Virus record (IMG/VR): IMGVR_UViG_3300029571_000006 | Reading direction: 5' to 3' (one strand) | Length of the DNA stretch: 64,000 nucleotides | DNA from: a virus | Lineage: Duplodnaviria; Heunggongvirae; Uroviricota; Caudoviricetes | Shown: piece by piece, positions 18,857 through 29,174 of the stretch | Numbering within the stretch: the stretch's first letter is position 1 | Layout of the letters: every line of letters starts with the position of its first letter | The notes under the pieces: generated by a model | What the model was told of the DNA's origin: nothing | Seen by the model: the letters and a program-made list of their open reading frames with translations, nothing else | Databases searched by the model: none | Made by a program: the position numbers and the translations under genes

Positions 18857-19238
18857 CTCCTCGCTTCTTTCTTAATTTGTGAAACGTGAAGTTGAGCTGA
18901 ACTGTACCATTTGTTTTTGGATATGCCTCAAAATTTGTTGCCAGCATTGCAACAGTTCTGAAAAGCTCACTATCATAGTAGTCGATTTTCTTTCCAACTA
19001 CACTGATATATCCCATATTCTTTGATGGTTTAAACAGCTCATATTTTACCTTTACGTTTCTTCCTTGTGTTATATTGCGTAAAGCCAGATAGCTATAAAG
19101 CATCTGACTAATACGTTCTTTGTCTACACATGAATCATTACGACACAGTTCATCCGCTGTATCCATAATCCATTGTCTATCAGACTGATTTAAAAAACTC
19201 ATATCAACCTGAAGTCCTATTGTATCCATGTAGCACAC
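18831..19238 (-). CDS. Hypothetical protein
   Basis: 135-codon ORF. Confidence 0.3.
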   Translation of the reverse strand: MCYMDTIGLQVDMSFLNQSDRQWIMDTADELCRNDSCVDKERISQMLYSYLALRNITQGRNVKVKYELFKPSKNMGYISVVGKKIDYYDSELFRTVAMLATNFEAYPKTNGTVQLNFTFHKLRKKRGDDCNGKSN

Positions 19239-19260
19239 CTCCTATTTTATCATTAAAACA

Positions 19261-20458
19261 TTAGCGCTGCAATCCAGCCAATGTCTTTACACACGCTGAA
19301 AATATCTCAGCAGCTTCCTCAACTTCAACCGGAGTATTCATTGACGAAAATGAGATTCTCACAGAATCCCTAGCCTCATCATCGGAAAGCCCCATAGATG
19401 TCAACACCCGACTTGGATCGGATTTATGACTGTGACAGGCGGAGCCAGCCGAAATACATACGCCCTTTGCGTCAAGCATAAGCAGCAGAGTCTCACTGTC
19501 AATATCCTCTATTCTTAGATTCAATGTCTTCCCAACATCTCCTACAGAAGCCCCATTCACATGTACTCTTTCATCAATGCCATACTCTTTAAGACCGGAT
19601 ATTACATTTTCATAAAACAATCTCTTGAGTAAAGAAACCGTGACCCTTTGAGCACCGAAGTCTGAACATATTATGTCACAAGCTTTTCCTAAGCCAACGA
19701 TACTTGCGACATTTTCAGTACCTCCACGGAGACCGAACTCTTGGTTTGACCCACCATATATCAGTGACCTCGCCATTGACTTATCCCTGACATATATCGC
19801 ACCGATTCCTTTTGGAGCATATATTTTATGACCCGAAATTGTAGCATAGTCACATCCTATTAAATTCGTATCAATCGCATGACACCCGGCAGCTTGTACG
19901 CAATCGGTATGAAATAAGATTCCACGCTCTTTACACATTTCCCCGATATGGTTGATTGGATTTACAGCCCCTGTTTCATTATTTACATACATCACAGATA
20001 CGAGACCAATGCTTTCATCTGTGTTAAGTAGTTCTTCTAAGTGCTTAACATCTATAGTTCCGTCCTGCTTTGTATGTATAAAGTGTGTATAAAAGTCGTC
20101 TTTTATATTCACTTTTCCTATTGGTGCGAACATATGTGTTGCAGCCTCGTACACAGAATCATGTTCAATCTGAGAAATTACCACATGTTTCTTGCCAGCC
20201 TTTTCAAGCATACATTTCATGCCATATGAAAACACCATATTGTTTCCTTCACTTCCTCCGGACGTAAACACAATCTGCTCCGGAGAAGCGTTAAATAACT
20301 GAGCAACCTGCTCTCTCGCTTTCTGTATTGCTTTTGCAGATTCCCGTCCAATTCTATAAACAGCCCCGGCATTCCCATATCCACCCTTTAAGTATGGCAT
20401 CATAGCATTAAGCACATCCGGGTGAATCGGAGTCGTTGCTGAGTTATCTAAGTATATC
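19261..20458 (-). CDS. Cysteine desulfurase (class V aminotransferase, NifS/IscS-like)
   Basis: PLP-enzyme pattern incl. SGHKIYAPKGIGAIYV (Lys in SGHK) and a C-terminal active-site Cys region. RBS AAGGAGG before MIYLDNSATTP. Confidence 0.7.
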
Positions 20459-20470
20459 ATAAATTCCTCC

Positions 20471-20941
20471 TTATAATACGGAAAGGTATCCATATTTATT
20501 TGTACTAACCTGCACGTAATCAATTACAGGAGCATCCACATGATTGTAAGACAACCTCCATACTTTAGATGTATCTATTGATCTGATATAACCAGCTCCG
20601 GCAAAACCACATCTAAAATCACAGCTTTCTCGTCCTCTGTACACACATTCTCCCCACAGCATAGTCAGGTTCTGCTGACAGAATTGAACAACTCGTGGGT
20701 CAAACATCAAATCAAAGTCATTTGGATAGTCTGGATTTTCATATCCAATACTTTTACAGAATTCGTTTAATTCATCCGGTGCAATGAACCATCTATCGAA
20801 TATGATGGCTATCTTTGTGGTATCATTGTCTGGAACTTCGCCCGTACCATTACATGCAGGACATTTTGTTATACCTCTGATTCCGGCACCAAGACTAATC
20901 ATTCCTTTTCCTTCACATTTCTTGCACTTCATATGTATCAC
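20471..20941 (-). CDS. Hypothetical protein with DnaJ-type CxxCxGxG zinc-finger repeats
   Basis: CKKCEGKG and CPACNGTGEV repeats. Confidence 0.35.
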   Translation of the reverse strand: MIHMKCKKCEGKGMISLGAGIRGITKCPACNGTGEVPDNDTTKIAIIFDRWFIAPDELNEFCKSIGYENPDYPNDFDLMFDPRVVQFCQQNLTMLWGECVYRGRESCDFRCGFAGAGYIRSIDTSKVWRLSYNHVDAPVIDYVQVSTNKYGYLSVL

Positions 20942-21292
20942 CTACTCATCAAACTCAATTTTTCCTAATTCGCCATAAGAAAAATCCTCATAATATTCTT
21001 TGAATGTTTCAATAACGTTCCAATCGTTCGTAACGGCTGTTTCAATAATTCCTTCTGGTTGATCTCCAAAGAAGAAATAATATGATGCACCACCAAACCA
21101 ATTCCCGAGACGCAGATATTTTCCTTTTTCTTCTTCAAACGATCTTATATATCTACAATCAATTCCTGTATGCTTAGCATAATACATTGCGTAATCATAC
21201 TGTTCTTTCGTTAAAACTCTACCTGTTGGGCGCAACTCTAAGAAAGCCCACACTTTTTCTTTTGCCTTATCTTTTGCTTCTGACCATTTCAT
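20942..21292 (-). CDS. Hypothetical protein
   Basis: 116-codon ORF. Confidence 0.3.
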   Translation of the reverse strand: MKWSEAKDKAKEKVWAFLELRPTGRVLTKEQYDYAMYYAKHTGIDCRYIRSFEEEKGKYLRLGNWFGGASYYFFFGDQPEGIIETAVTNDWNVIETFKEYYEDFSYGELGKIEFDE

Positions 21293-21294
21293 TG

Positions 21295-22134
21295 CTATAC
21301 CTCCAATAAAATAAGCTCATCGATATACAGTCTTCCTTCTCCCTTGAATATTGGGATCTCTTTGTCGATAACCCACGCATTCTCTGATTCACTAGAATCT
21401 CTTAATTCGCATGTTTCTGTCCTGTCTGCAGAAATACTCACGATACGACGATTCTTAACACAGCAACTTCCTCTCTTTTGATGGGAAGGTAAATCGTTCC
21501 AGTTGATTTCCTTTTGCGTCATCAACATATCCTGAATCTGATTACATGTTTTGTGCTGTAATTCTTTGTGACTAAAGTAAGCCTGTCCAAGCATCTGTAT
21601 AGAATTTCTACTCGCATCGAGCTGTCTCCAGTAGATATTGTTCGTTACTTCTTCCTTTGGAATATTAAAAACTCTGGCATCAAACATAGCACCTTTGTTA
21701 ATCGCTTTTGCGTAAATTCCAAACTGCTTCGTGATTTCGTCTCCCGAACCACTATTTGCATACTTAACAGCGTACCTCTTCATCTTGCGATTAAATTCAA
21801 GTGTTGCCATACTCGCTACAATACTGCACATTTTCTGTACTTTGTAATCGAACCATGCATCGGATTCAAGCCTCTTATAATCAGTTAAAACCAATGTAAT
21901 TTCATCTGATTGTGTATATCCAAGCACACAGCCTTGAATATTCTCACACAGATATTTCATCGTATCCTGCATAGCAGACATTAAAACTTCGTCAAATGGC
22001 TTTTGAAAACCTTTTGTAAATGTGTGAAACGCCCGACCATCAACTCTGATGATTACGGGCGTTCTTCTCATTAACATATTTTTTGACACTGCTTCATATT
22101 TCTTCATTCGTTTTGCAAGTGCTGATGTATCCAT
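21295..22134 (-). CDS. Thg1-like protein (tRNA-His guanylyltransferase family, 3'-5' nucleotide addition)
   Basis: VIIRVDGRAFHTFT and SDEITLVL match the Thg1/TLP family signature. RBS AAAGGAGG. Confidence 0.55.
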   Translation of the reverse strand: MDTSALAKRMKKYEAVSKNMLMRRTPVIIRVDGRAFHTFTKGFQKPFDEVLMSAMQDTMKYLCENIQGCVLGYTQSDEITLVLTDYKRLESDAWFDYKVQKMCSIVASMATLEFNRKMKRYAVKYANSGSGDEITKQFGIYAKAINKGAMFDARVFNIPKEEVTNNIYWRQLDASRNSIQMLGQAYFSHKELQHKTCNQIQDMLMTQKEINWNDLPSHQKRGSCCVKNRRIVSISADRTETCELRDSSESENAWVIDKEIPIFKGEGRLYIDELILLEV

Positions 22135-22155
22135 AATGTTCCTCCTTTTGAATTT

Positions 22156-23170
22156 TTAAATGTTTTCACATTTTATGCCTGAGATTCCCTGTATTCCATT
22201 AACTCGAACATATCTTTCACCTTCCCACCAGTCGTTAAGAAATTCTACATCGTACATATTGTATGGACTTGCGACTTCGTTTATACGTTCATAGTTCTTT
22301 CCATCCCGTGAAATTTCTATTGACACAATTACATCTTCCGTGCAATGACACTCCCAATATTTTTTGATATATTTAGATACAACATCATATCCTGTCTGCT
22401 TGTTATTCAGCACTTCCGTCTGTGGATTGACCGCATATTCAAACGATGGCATTAACTGGAGTTTGAATAGGTTCTTTTCATGCATAGAATCGATTCTTTC
22501 CTTTGTACGCTTGTCATCAATCTCTCCAGTTCTGATATATCTATCCAGAACATCATATGTAAAGCCAAGATTGTCCTCATCTGTATGACCGCACAGCCCA
22601 TCTGTAGGAACTTTGTCCACAAGTTCTGCTGGAAGATTAAGCTCTCTACCGAGAGCCTTAACTTCTGTGACTGTCAGTTTTGACAGAGGACTGAAATCAC
22701 CTGCTCCATCACCATATCTGGTTGCATATCCTACCCAGTCTTCTGAAAGATTACATGTATTTGCGACTCTGCCTCCGACCGTCTGAGAAACCGCATAGAG
22801 TGTTGCCATTCTAATTCTTGCCGGAAGATTTACAGATGTCTGTACAGACCAGTGGTCTCCGAGCTGCGGTTTAATTTCATGCTTTAATGCTCTAATTGCG
22901 CTATGAATATTGATTGTACAATACTCAATTCCAAGATGATTAACCAGTTTGTATGATGCGTCAATGTCAACCTGCTCACCATTTGGCATAAGCACACCGA
23001 ACACTCTGTCCTTACCAAGAGCCTCTACGCATAATGCAGCTACTACACTTGAATCTTTCCCACCAGAAATTCCAACCACAGCACAGCAATCATTACCGTT
23101 TTCGTTAAACCAATTTCTGATCCACTGAACCACTTCATTCTTTACTTCTTTAGCATCAAACTCACTCATG
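22156..23170 (-). CDS. nadE: NH3-dependent NAD+ synthetase NadE-like (PP-loop ATP pyrophosphatase) with C-terminal extension
   Basis: PP-loop VGISGGKDSSV, ARIRMATLY, GYATRYGDGAGDFSPLSKL...DGLCGHTDEDNLGFTY. Confidence 0.65.
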
Positions 23171-23569
23171 TTTAACATCTCCATTCTCAATCTTTTCTAT
23201 TAGTGTAAGTAATTCATTGTATATTTGGATCAATCCGCCTCTGTCATCAATATAAACATTTGCATATATTTTTCTACCAGAAAAAGCGACAGAAGAATCA
23301 CAATTAACCCCTTTGTACTTAATGTTATTGTCTTTGAGATATTGTTCAATCATTTCGTATTTGTCTTCGCCATTACCGGTAAATATAATCACCTCTGAAT
23401 ACTTCTCCCATCTATGCAAAAGACTGATAACATTTTCATACGTTCTTCCCTTTTTATGAAAGTCATAAATTGTATCATCAAAATCCACGCAGAAGATAAG
23501 CTTGCCGTATTTTTTAAATTCTTCTTCTAATCTATTGTATGAATTATTTGACTGAAGATAAAAATCCAT
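23162..23569 (-). CDS. HAD-superfamily phosphatase-like protein
   Basis: DxDxT motif (CVDFDDTIY). RBS GGAGGA before MDFYLQ. Confidence 0.4.
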   Translation of the reverse strand: MDFYLQSNNSYNRLEEEFKKYGKLIFCVDFDDTIYDFHKKGRTYENVISLLHRWEKYSEVIIFTGNGEDKYEMIEQYLKDNNIKYKGVNCDSSVAFSGRKIYANVYIDDRGGLIQIYNELLTLIEKIENGDVKHE

Positions 23570-23570
23570 A

Positions 23571-25031
23571 TTATTTTCCTCCATACATCCTTTCTCTAAT
23601 ATCCAGGAATGAGTCTTCTCTGACAAATGCTCCGTCTTTGAATACCGTTGTGAGTAAACTATCATCGCTCATTTCCATCAACTGATCTTGACATTTAAGC
23701 TGTCCATCTTCCTCGTAAACTCTGCAGCATCCCTTGTGTGATTTCTTCAAGTGACTTGTATCTGTTTTTGGATCTTTATAAATCATCACTTTTTCGCCAT
23801 TGATGATGCCATATGTTGCTTTCATTGCGATTCCAAATGTATCTCTTGTAGCCACAATGAGTTTTCCGTCCTCTGCAATCGCAGTAAAGCAGAAAGCACC
23901 AACGCCATATGCGATATTGTTCGCCGCAAACCCTCGTTTTTCTAACTCTCTCCAGATAGTATCTACATTTGATAATGTGCATCCATCTCCGTAGATAATA
24001 CCGATGTGTGGATCGAGCACTTTATACCCCTTACTGTTTGTGGTTCCTCCGAAAATCTCCCATAACTTTTCAACAGTTTTCACAGAAATATCCACAATGT
24101 CTCCGCTATCTGGTCTTACTAACAGCTTACCATGATGATTCATAATTTCTTCCTTGCATTGTGGAAGGATATTATTTATCATATTCCAGTAATCGTAGGT
24201 GTCGGATACCATACTAAATGATGTATTTGGATATAATTCAGTGAGTAATCTTTTGACAAAGGTAATTTCATCTCCATCTACAGAGAAGTTTGCACCCATA
24301 ACGCTATGCTCTGTCGATACAGCTCCAATGCCAATGCCTTCTTCTCTGCAATTTGCATTGTAATATTTGTCAATATAAGAAATTGCCGGAATCGTAGAAG
24401 TCTTATCGAATGATAAAAGCCATGATGCCGAGCATCTTACTGCCTCATCCATACAGGACATTCCTCGCATTCCAAAATCAGCGCAAGCAAGTTTACCACT
24501 CATTCCGTCTGTTGTATTATCGTACCAGTAGTCAGCAATATTTCGATACATATTACCAATCGTTGCATGACAGCATGGTTTCCAAAGTTCTACCTGTAAA
24601 ATACATTCAATCCACTGAACAAGCCATGCAAAGTCCTCATGTGTATTTGTGATTTCAATACATGGAATTCCCATTGTAACCATCGTTCCTTCTGGAAGCG
24701 CTCTGATTTCTAATGGTAAATATCCCAATCTGTGCAGTTGCACAATTTTATCAATATCATAATTACCATCGCCGATTTGAATATTCATTGTTTCTTTATA
24801 CTGACTTACCACATCTTCTTCCGTCTTACCAAAGAAATTATCATTGAAATATCCGATAAGATACTCTTTGATAAATGCCTGAAGACCAAAGAATACCATT
24901 TTATCCTGTTGCCTCAACATAGATCTTCTAGGAACCCAATATGACACGAGCTTCGTCAATCCTTTTGGATACATTCTGTCGTGACACTGTTTGTATGTAT
25001 CAGATAATAATAAAGCCATTACATCATTCAT
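23571..25031 (-). CDS. Nicotinamide phosphoribosyltransferase family protein (NAMPT/NadV-like; could be a Namat-type variant)
   Basis: N-terminal LLSDTYKQCH (NAMPT DSYK motif). 486 aa, type II PRTase pattern throughout. Confidence 0.75.
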   Translation of the reverse strand: MNDVMALLLSDTYKQCHDRMYPKGLTKLVSYWVPRRSMLRQQDKMVFFGLQAFIKEYLIGYFNDNFFGKTEEDVVSQYKETMNIQIGDGNYDIDKIVQLHRLGYLPLEIRALPEGTMVTMGIPCIEITNTHEDFAWLVQWIECILQVELWKPCCHATIGNMYRNIADYWYDNTTDGMSGKLACADFGMRGMSCMDEAVRCSASWLLSFDKTSTIPAISYIDKYYNANCREEGIGIGAVSTEHSVMGANFSVDGDEITFVKRLLTELYPNTSFSMVSDTYDYWNMINNILPQCKEEIMNHHGKLLVRPDSGDIVDISVKTVEKLWEIFGGTTNSKGYKVLDPHIGIIYGDGCTLSNVDTIWRELEKRGFAANNIAYGVGAFCFTAIAEDGKLIVATRDTFGIAMKATYGIINGEKVMIYKDPKTDTSHLKKSHKGCCRVYEEDGQLKCQDQLMEMSDDSLLTTVFKDGAFVREDSFLDIRERMYGGK

Positions 25032-25033
25032 TT

Positions 25034-25858
25034 CTACACCTCCAAAACCGTTATCTTCTCATGCTCTCCAGCAAATAAACTGCCTGTTGTAAATAATCTC
25101 TCTACTGTATTATCTTCGAGCGACCTTATCAATGTACCTTTTTCTCTGTCGAGTATTGAGTTTTCTGTATGTGTTGCATACGCATAAATTGTCTTAGCTC
25201 CAATACGTTTTAATTCTTTTGCACTGTAATATAGTGATCCGCCGTATGCAATGATGTCATCAATCATAAGTACTGTCTGACCGCCAAGTCCCATACCATT
25301 TGTTCTTACATCCAAACCAAGGATTTTGCCCGTATCCCAGTCACGTTTCTTTTCTCCATAGCAATATGGCATTCCCTGCAATAATCCTGAATACCTTTTA
25401 GCCGCACCCTCGTCCGGGAAATATAAGATAATTGGATTTTCTCCTATTTGTTTCAAAACTTCCTTAATATATCTTTCCGGTGTATATACAAGCACATTAT
25501 TCAGCAGTGCAGCTCCTACATTACTGTGAACATCAAGAATTCTGACAACATCAAACCGTAACCAGTTAATTGCATCTGCAAATCCCCGAAGCGTGAACAC
25601 CTCTCTTTGATTATGAATACGATCCATTCTTGCATTTGGAAGATACAGTAGATTAAGATAAATTTCCTGTATACACGGCATATTTCTGAGATGTCTAGTC
25701 ACATAGATGAGTGTAGATAGCTCCTCTTCCATTTCAAATTTCCAAGTAATCTCATGCGTATTTCTCCACTCCATCTTCGGGAGATTTTCAAGAACAATTC
25801 TCTGTGTTCCATCTGGGAAATGCTCTACCTTTACTTCTGTCCCATCTAAAATAATCAT
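25034..25858 (-). CDS. Ribose-phosphate pyrophosphokinase family protein (Prs-like; could be an ADP-ribose pyrophosphokinase Adps-type variant)
   Basis: FPDGTQRIVLENLP, VLMIDDIIAYGGSL (PRPP-binding loop) and GAKTIYAYATH. Confidence 0.65.
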   Translation of the reverse strand: MIILDGTEVKVEHFPDGTQRIVLENLPKMEWRNTHEITWKFEMEEELSTLIYVTRHLRNMPCIQEIYLNLLYLPNARMDRIHNQREVFTLRGFADAINWLRFDVVRILDVHSNVGAALLNNVLVYTPERYIKEVLKQIGENPIILYFPDEGAAKRYSGLLQGMPYCYGEKKRDWDTGKILGLDVRTNGMGLGGQTVLMIDDIIAYGGSLYYSAKELKRIGAKTIYAYATHTENSILDREKGTLIRSLEDNTVERLFTTGSLFAGEHEKITVLEV

Positions 25859-25861
25859 TCT

Positions 25862-26407
25862 TTACTCTCCTATCACATTTATCTGACAGCTTTTCATCAC
25901 TTCTAATGCGGCTGTATGTTTATCTGGAGTTGATCCTGCGCAGCAGCTTGCGTCCACAGTAACCTCCACATCTGGGTATGGGTACAAAGTTTTAATAATC
26001 AGTGCATTTGTAATCACACAAATATCTGTATCTAACCCACATAACTCAATGACTCTCGTGCCATCACCTTCAACATATACATACTTATCTAAGATATGTT
26101 GCCAAGAAAAATATCCAAAAGTATCTTTATCTACAACCTCATATGTGCCAGGAATTGTTTCCAGACCAATCTGCCACCCAGTTGTTCCCTTAACGCAATG
26201 TTTAATTGGTAACTTCTTCCCTTCTGCAGATGAAAAATATGTCTCATCTAAGTGAGTATCTCTTGTAAATACAACCGCATCACCCTGCCGGATATATCTC
26301 TCGATCTTTTCCTTTACTTTTGGAAGAATCGCTTTCGCCTCATTGCTTCCTAAAGCACCATCAATAAAATCGTTCTGAACATCTACAACGATCAAAATTC
26401 TATTCAT
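25862..26407 (-). CDS. Isochorismatase-family hydrolase (nicotinamidase PncA-like)
   Basis: ILIVVDVQNDF, conserved Lys and Cys (ELCGLDTDICV). Confidence 0.55.
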   Translation of the reverse strand: MNRILIVVDVQNDFIDGALGSNEAKAILPKVKEKIERYIRQGDAVVFTRDTHLDETYFSSAEGKKLPIKHCVKGTTGWQIGLETIPGTYEVVDKDTFGYFSWQHILDKYVYVEGDGTRVIELCGLDTDICVITNALIIKTLYPYPDVEVTVDASCCAGSTPDKHTAALEVMKSCQINVIGE

Positions 26408-26412
26408 TTATC

Positions 26413-26739
26413 TTATTCTCCTTCTCTTAATTCTCCATTTTCATCAAAGCAACTATCATGTATCTTCGGAACTGTTACAATCAGAACTCCATCGTCTAAC
26501 TTAATTGAGACTTCATTATCTGTATCACACTCATATAACAGCTCTCCGGATTCATCAATAATAGATATGGTATCTATATCTTCTGTGAAATTTCGACGCC
26601 GCTTTGGAATTGTAATATGTACTGGTACAGGCTCTGATTCCTCGCCATTATTCTCGATATCGCTGCCCGTAGGCGTGCATCCCATCATGCCAAATATGAC
26701 CATCAGTGACAGCATAAAGGCATAAAACCACTTTTTCAT
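26413..26739 (-). CDS. Putative lipoprotein
   Basis: Signal peptide with lipobox-like MMGCTPTG. Confidence 0.4.
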   Translation of the reverse strand: MKKWFYAFMLSLMVIFGMMGCTPTGSDIENNGEESEPVPVHITIPKRRRNFTEDIDTISIIDESGELLYECDTDNEVSIKLDDGVLIVTVPKIHDSCFDENGELREGE

Positions 26740-26963
26740 CCACTGTCTCCTTTCTCATATTCATCAAGTTTTGCATCAGCAATTTCCTGCTGCACTTTAG
26801 AAGCGTGTAATCTGTTCTCTTTGCACCAATCGCGATTGCCATGATTTCTGCAAGACGGATCTACAGCTCTTGCTCCTGTGTATTGCTTTCTCTTTTCTTT
26901 TCCATGCTTGATTGCTTTATCTAGTGACATTTCAACCACCTCCTTATGATGAATTTTTGCCAC
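26736..26963 (-). CDS. Hypothetical basic protein
   Basis: 75-codon ORF, coupled. Confidence 0.3.
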   Translation of the reverse strand: MAKIHHKEVVEMSLDKAIKHGKEKRKQYTGARAVDPSCRNHGNRDWCKENRLHASKVQQEIADAKLDEYEKGDSG

Positions 26964-27051
26964 AGACTTAGTTTAATTCCAAAAAATTCTTCCAAAAATT
27001 TATCTGGATATTGTTTGTAATAATCTGTATATAAATTAACCATAGCCACAC

Positions 27052-27867
27052 CTACCCCGCAAAATTCTCGACTTCTACTATGTTACTGTCCATCAGATAA
27101 TTCCTTGTTCTTCCTCCAAGATTCAATTCCTTATACGCAGCTTCGATTTCCTCGGAAGTGATTCCGATGTAATCCAGCGTCTGTGCGGGCGAAGAATGAT
27201 TCAGCATCTTCTGCAAAAGCAAAAGCTTTCTGCTATCATTGTTCGACATCACCATCTGGTGATAGCAAAATGTTTTCCGTAAACTATGTGTAGCAATCCT
27301 TATGTTCAGGTGCAAATCGACCGCAATTCCTTTTAAAATCCGGTCTATTGACTGTTTTGATAATGGCTGATTCGTTGATTTCCCCCTATTGGATTCGCTA
27401 CGAAATAGATAATCACTCAACGTAACGCCTGGCGTATTCTCAAGATATAAAGTTACCGCCTCTATAACGGCGGTATTGATTGTGATATATCTATTCTTTT
27501 TTCTTTTCCTTGTATTTCTTGTTTTCTTTTCAAATACTGGGAAGTTATCACGAAATGTGAAATTATCATTGATAAGATTTGAGAATCTCAGCATCCTTAA
27601 ATCGCTGACTCGAAGTCCAAAGTTGATGCCGACTATGAATAGCATGTTATCTCTGTATCTTTTATTAGAAATGAGAAATTCAGAAATTGCATAGATATCA
27701 TCCAGACTTTTAATTGGCTCCGCAGCATGTTCCGGTGCTAATTCGCAATGGGTTTCCTCTTTCGCAGGAGCAATTAAACCGGCTGCGGACTTAACCTTAC
27801 TTCTCTGTAGTGCCTGTAAATCAATTACCTTATTTTTAGCATCTGCAATATTTACAATTTCACCCAA
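27052..27867 (-). CDS. Tyrosine recombinase / phage integrase family protein
   Basis: Box I GLRVSDL, HxLRxT (ATHSLRKTFCY), C-terminal LNHSSPAQTLDYIGITSEE with the catalytic Tyr. TTG start after GGAGGTG. Confidence 0.7.
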   Translation of the reverse strand: MGEIVNIADAKNKVIDLQALQRSKVKSAAGLIAPAKEETHCELAPEHAAEPIKSLDDIYAISEFLISNKRYRDNMLFIVGINFGLRVSDLRMLRFSNLINDNFTFRDNFPVFEKKTRNTRKRKKNRYITINTAVIEAVTLYLENTPGVTLSDYLFRSESNRGKSTNQPLSKQSIDRILKGIAVDLHLNIRIATHSLRKTFCYHQMVMSNNDSRKLLLLQKMLNHSSPAQTLDYIGITSEEIEAAYKELNLGGRTRNYLMDSNIVEVENFAG

Positions 27868-27879
27868 AGCTTACACCTC

Positions 27880-28908
27880 CTAAATTAGTCCTCTTACAAC
27901 TCTTTCGTTTACGTCCATCACAAATTCCTGTATTGCCTTATAGTCTGGCTTTTCAGGAAGATCTGTATTTTCTTTTGCATACTTCATCTTCTTTTCGTAG
28001 TCATCGACCATTTCAAAGAACTCCGGTATTGGCTGTCTATTACCATCAAGGTATTCACCATTTCTGATTGACATCAGCAGTTCATGTTCTTTCTCTCTGA
28101 ATGTTACAATCTCTTTTCTCTCAAGAATATCAAGGCACATCATATAGAGCCTGATTAGATGCATCATATGCTTTCCTAATTTGTTATGCTCTATCGCATT
28201 CTTATTTCTTTTCCCTACCTTGGCGTAGTCCTTCACCACATTATGCATTTCAGACCACATTGATTTATAATCCCGAAGTGGATATCTTGTTAAATGCACA
28301 TCCATATAAATTTCGGAATCCATATCTTCCCTATCCGACTTATCGATATACAACTTGATCGCGTCATCCGGATATTCAAAATATCTTTCTTTGAAGTCTG
28401 CACCCACGTTACGTATACTGTTTAATATGTGTTGCTCCCGCTGCGCTTGACCGACAAGCCTTGCTGCTTTATTATCAAGTCTTCTAAGCTGAGCCGTAGC
28501 ATATCCACCGAAAGCCTGTGCCGCTTTCTTTGAAAGGAACAAATCCTTATTATGTAATAATTCCTGTCCTACAGGAGACAGAAATAAATAATGCTCAGGC
28601 TTTAACCCAAGCATCTCAATCGTATTTGGATTGCAATTACAAAGCAAACTTATTAACTTATTGAACGCATACACTGTAGTATCCGTTTTCTCATCAACAA
28701 ACTGCTCGTAATGTTGATTTGTAAGAATTTCTTCCTTACTATTCAGAGCGCATCCTCTTACATCAAGGTCAGATGTCTCGTTATTTGTTCCATATGCATG
28801 ACTTCCTCCAAGTCCGATAAGGATGATTCTGTTTCCGAGGTGATCGTTATTTCTAAGGAAATTGTATTCCTCCGACGAGACCATATTTTTAATTGTTTGC
28901 AAATCCAT
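27880..28908 (-). CDS. Nucleotidyltransferase (minimal Pol-beta-fold NTase) with helical C-terminal domain
   Basis: ILIGLGGSHAYGTNNETSDLDVRG = GS...SDxD NTase signature. RBS GGAGGAG before MDLQTIKN. Confidence 0.5.
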   Translation of the reverse strand: MDLQTIKNMVSSEEYNFLRNNDHLGNRIILIGLGGSHAYGTNNETSDLDVRGCALNSKEEILTNQHYEQFVDEKTDTTVYAFNKLISLLCNCNPNTIEMLGLKPEHYLFLSPVGQELLHNKDLFLSKKAAQAFGGYATAQLRRLDNKAARLVGQAQREQHILNSIRNVGADFKERYFEYPDDAIKLYIDKSDREDMDSEIYMDVHLTRYPLRDYKSMWSEMHNVVKDYAKVGKRNKNAIEHNKLGKHMMHLIRLYMMCLDILERKEIVTFREKEHELLMSIRNGEYLDGNRQPIPEFFEMVDDYEKKMKYAKENTDLPEKPDYKAIQEFVMDVNERVVRGLI

Positions 28909-28910
28909 CT

Positions 28911-29154
28911 TACTCCTCCATAATGAATTCATGGATGCTACTCATATAATTCTGAACTTCTTCATCAGAGCATTTCTCAAAGCTTAAACTCAACGGCTTT
29001 GTCAGGTCTAAGCTGAAAATCCCCATAATTGATTTAGCATCAATGATATATCTTCCAGATTGCAGGAACACATCTCCGTCTACTCTGGATGTTTATTTAC
29101 GAACTCCTTAACTTTGTCAATAGAATTTAACATTACTTTACACATGATAATCAT
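28911..29154 (-). pseudogene. HPr-like phosphocarrier-domain gene interrupted by a -1 frameshift near 29080 and lacking the HARPA histidine motif
   Basis: Frame a: MIIMCKVMLNSIDKVKEFVNKHPE*. Frame b: VDGDVFLQSGRYIIDAKSIMGIFSLDLTKPLSLSFEKCSDEEVQNYMSSIHEFIMEE* (KSIMG-type HPr core). Confidence 0.3.
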
Positions 29155-29174
29155 CTCCTCTTCTTTATAATAAA

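Noticed and set aside
23162-23569. HAD-like protein as the missing NMNAT (which would imply a NARP2-type pathway)
   Set aside because: Only a DxDxT phosphatase motif is present. No (H/T)xGH nucleotidyltransferase motif is seen, so NMNAT activity is not supported.
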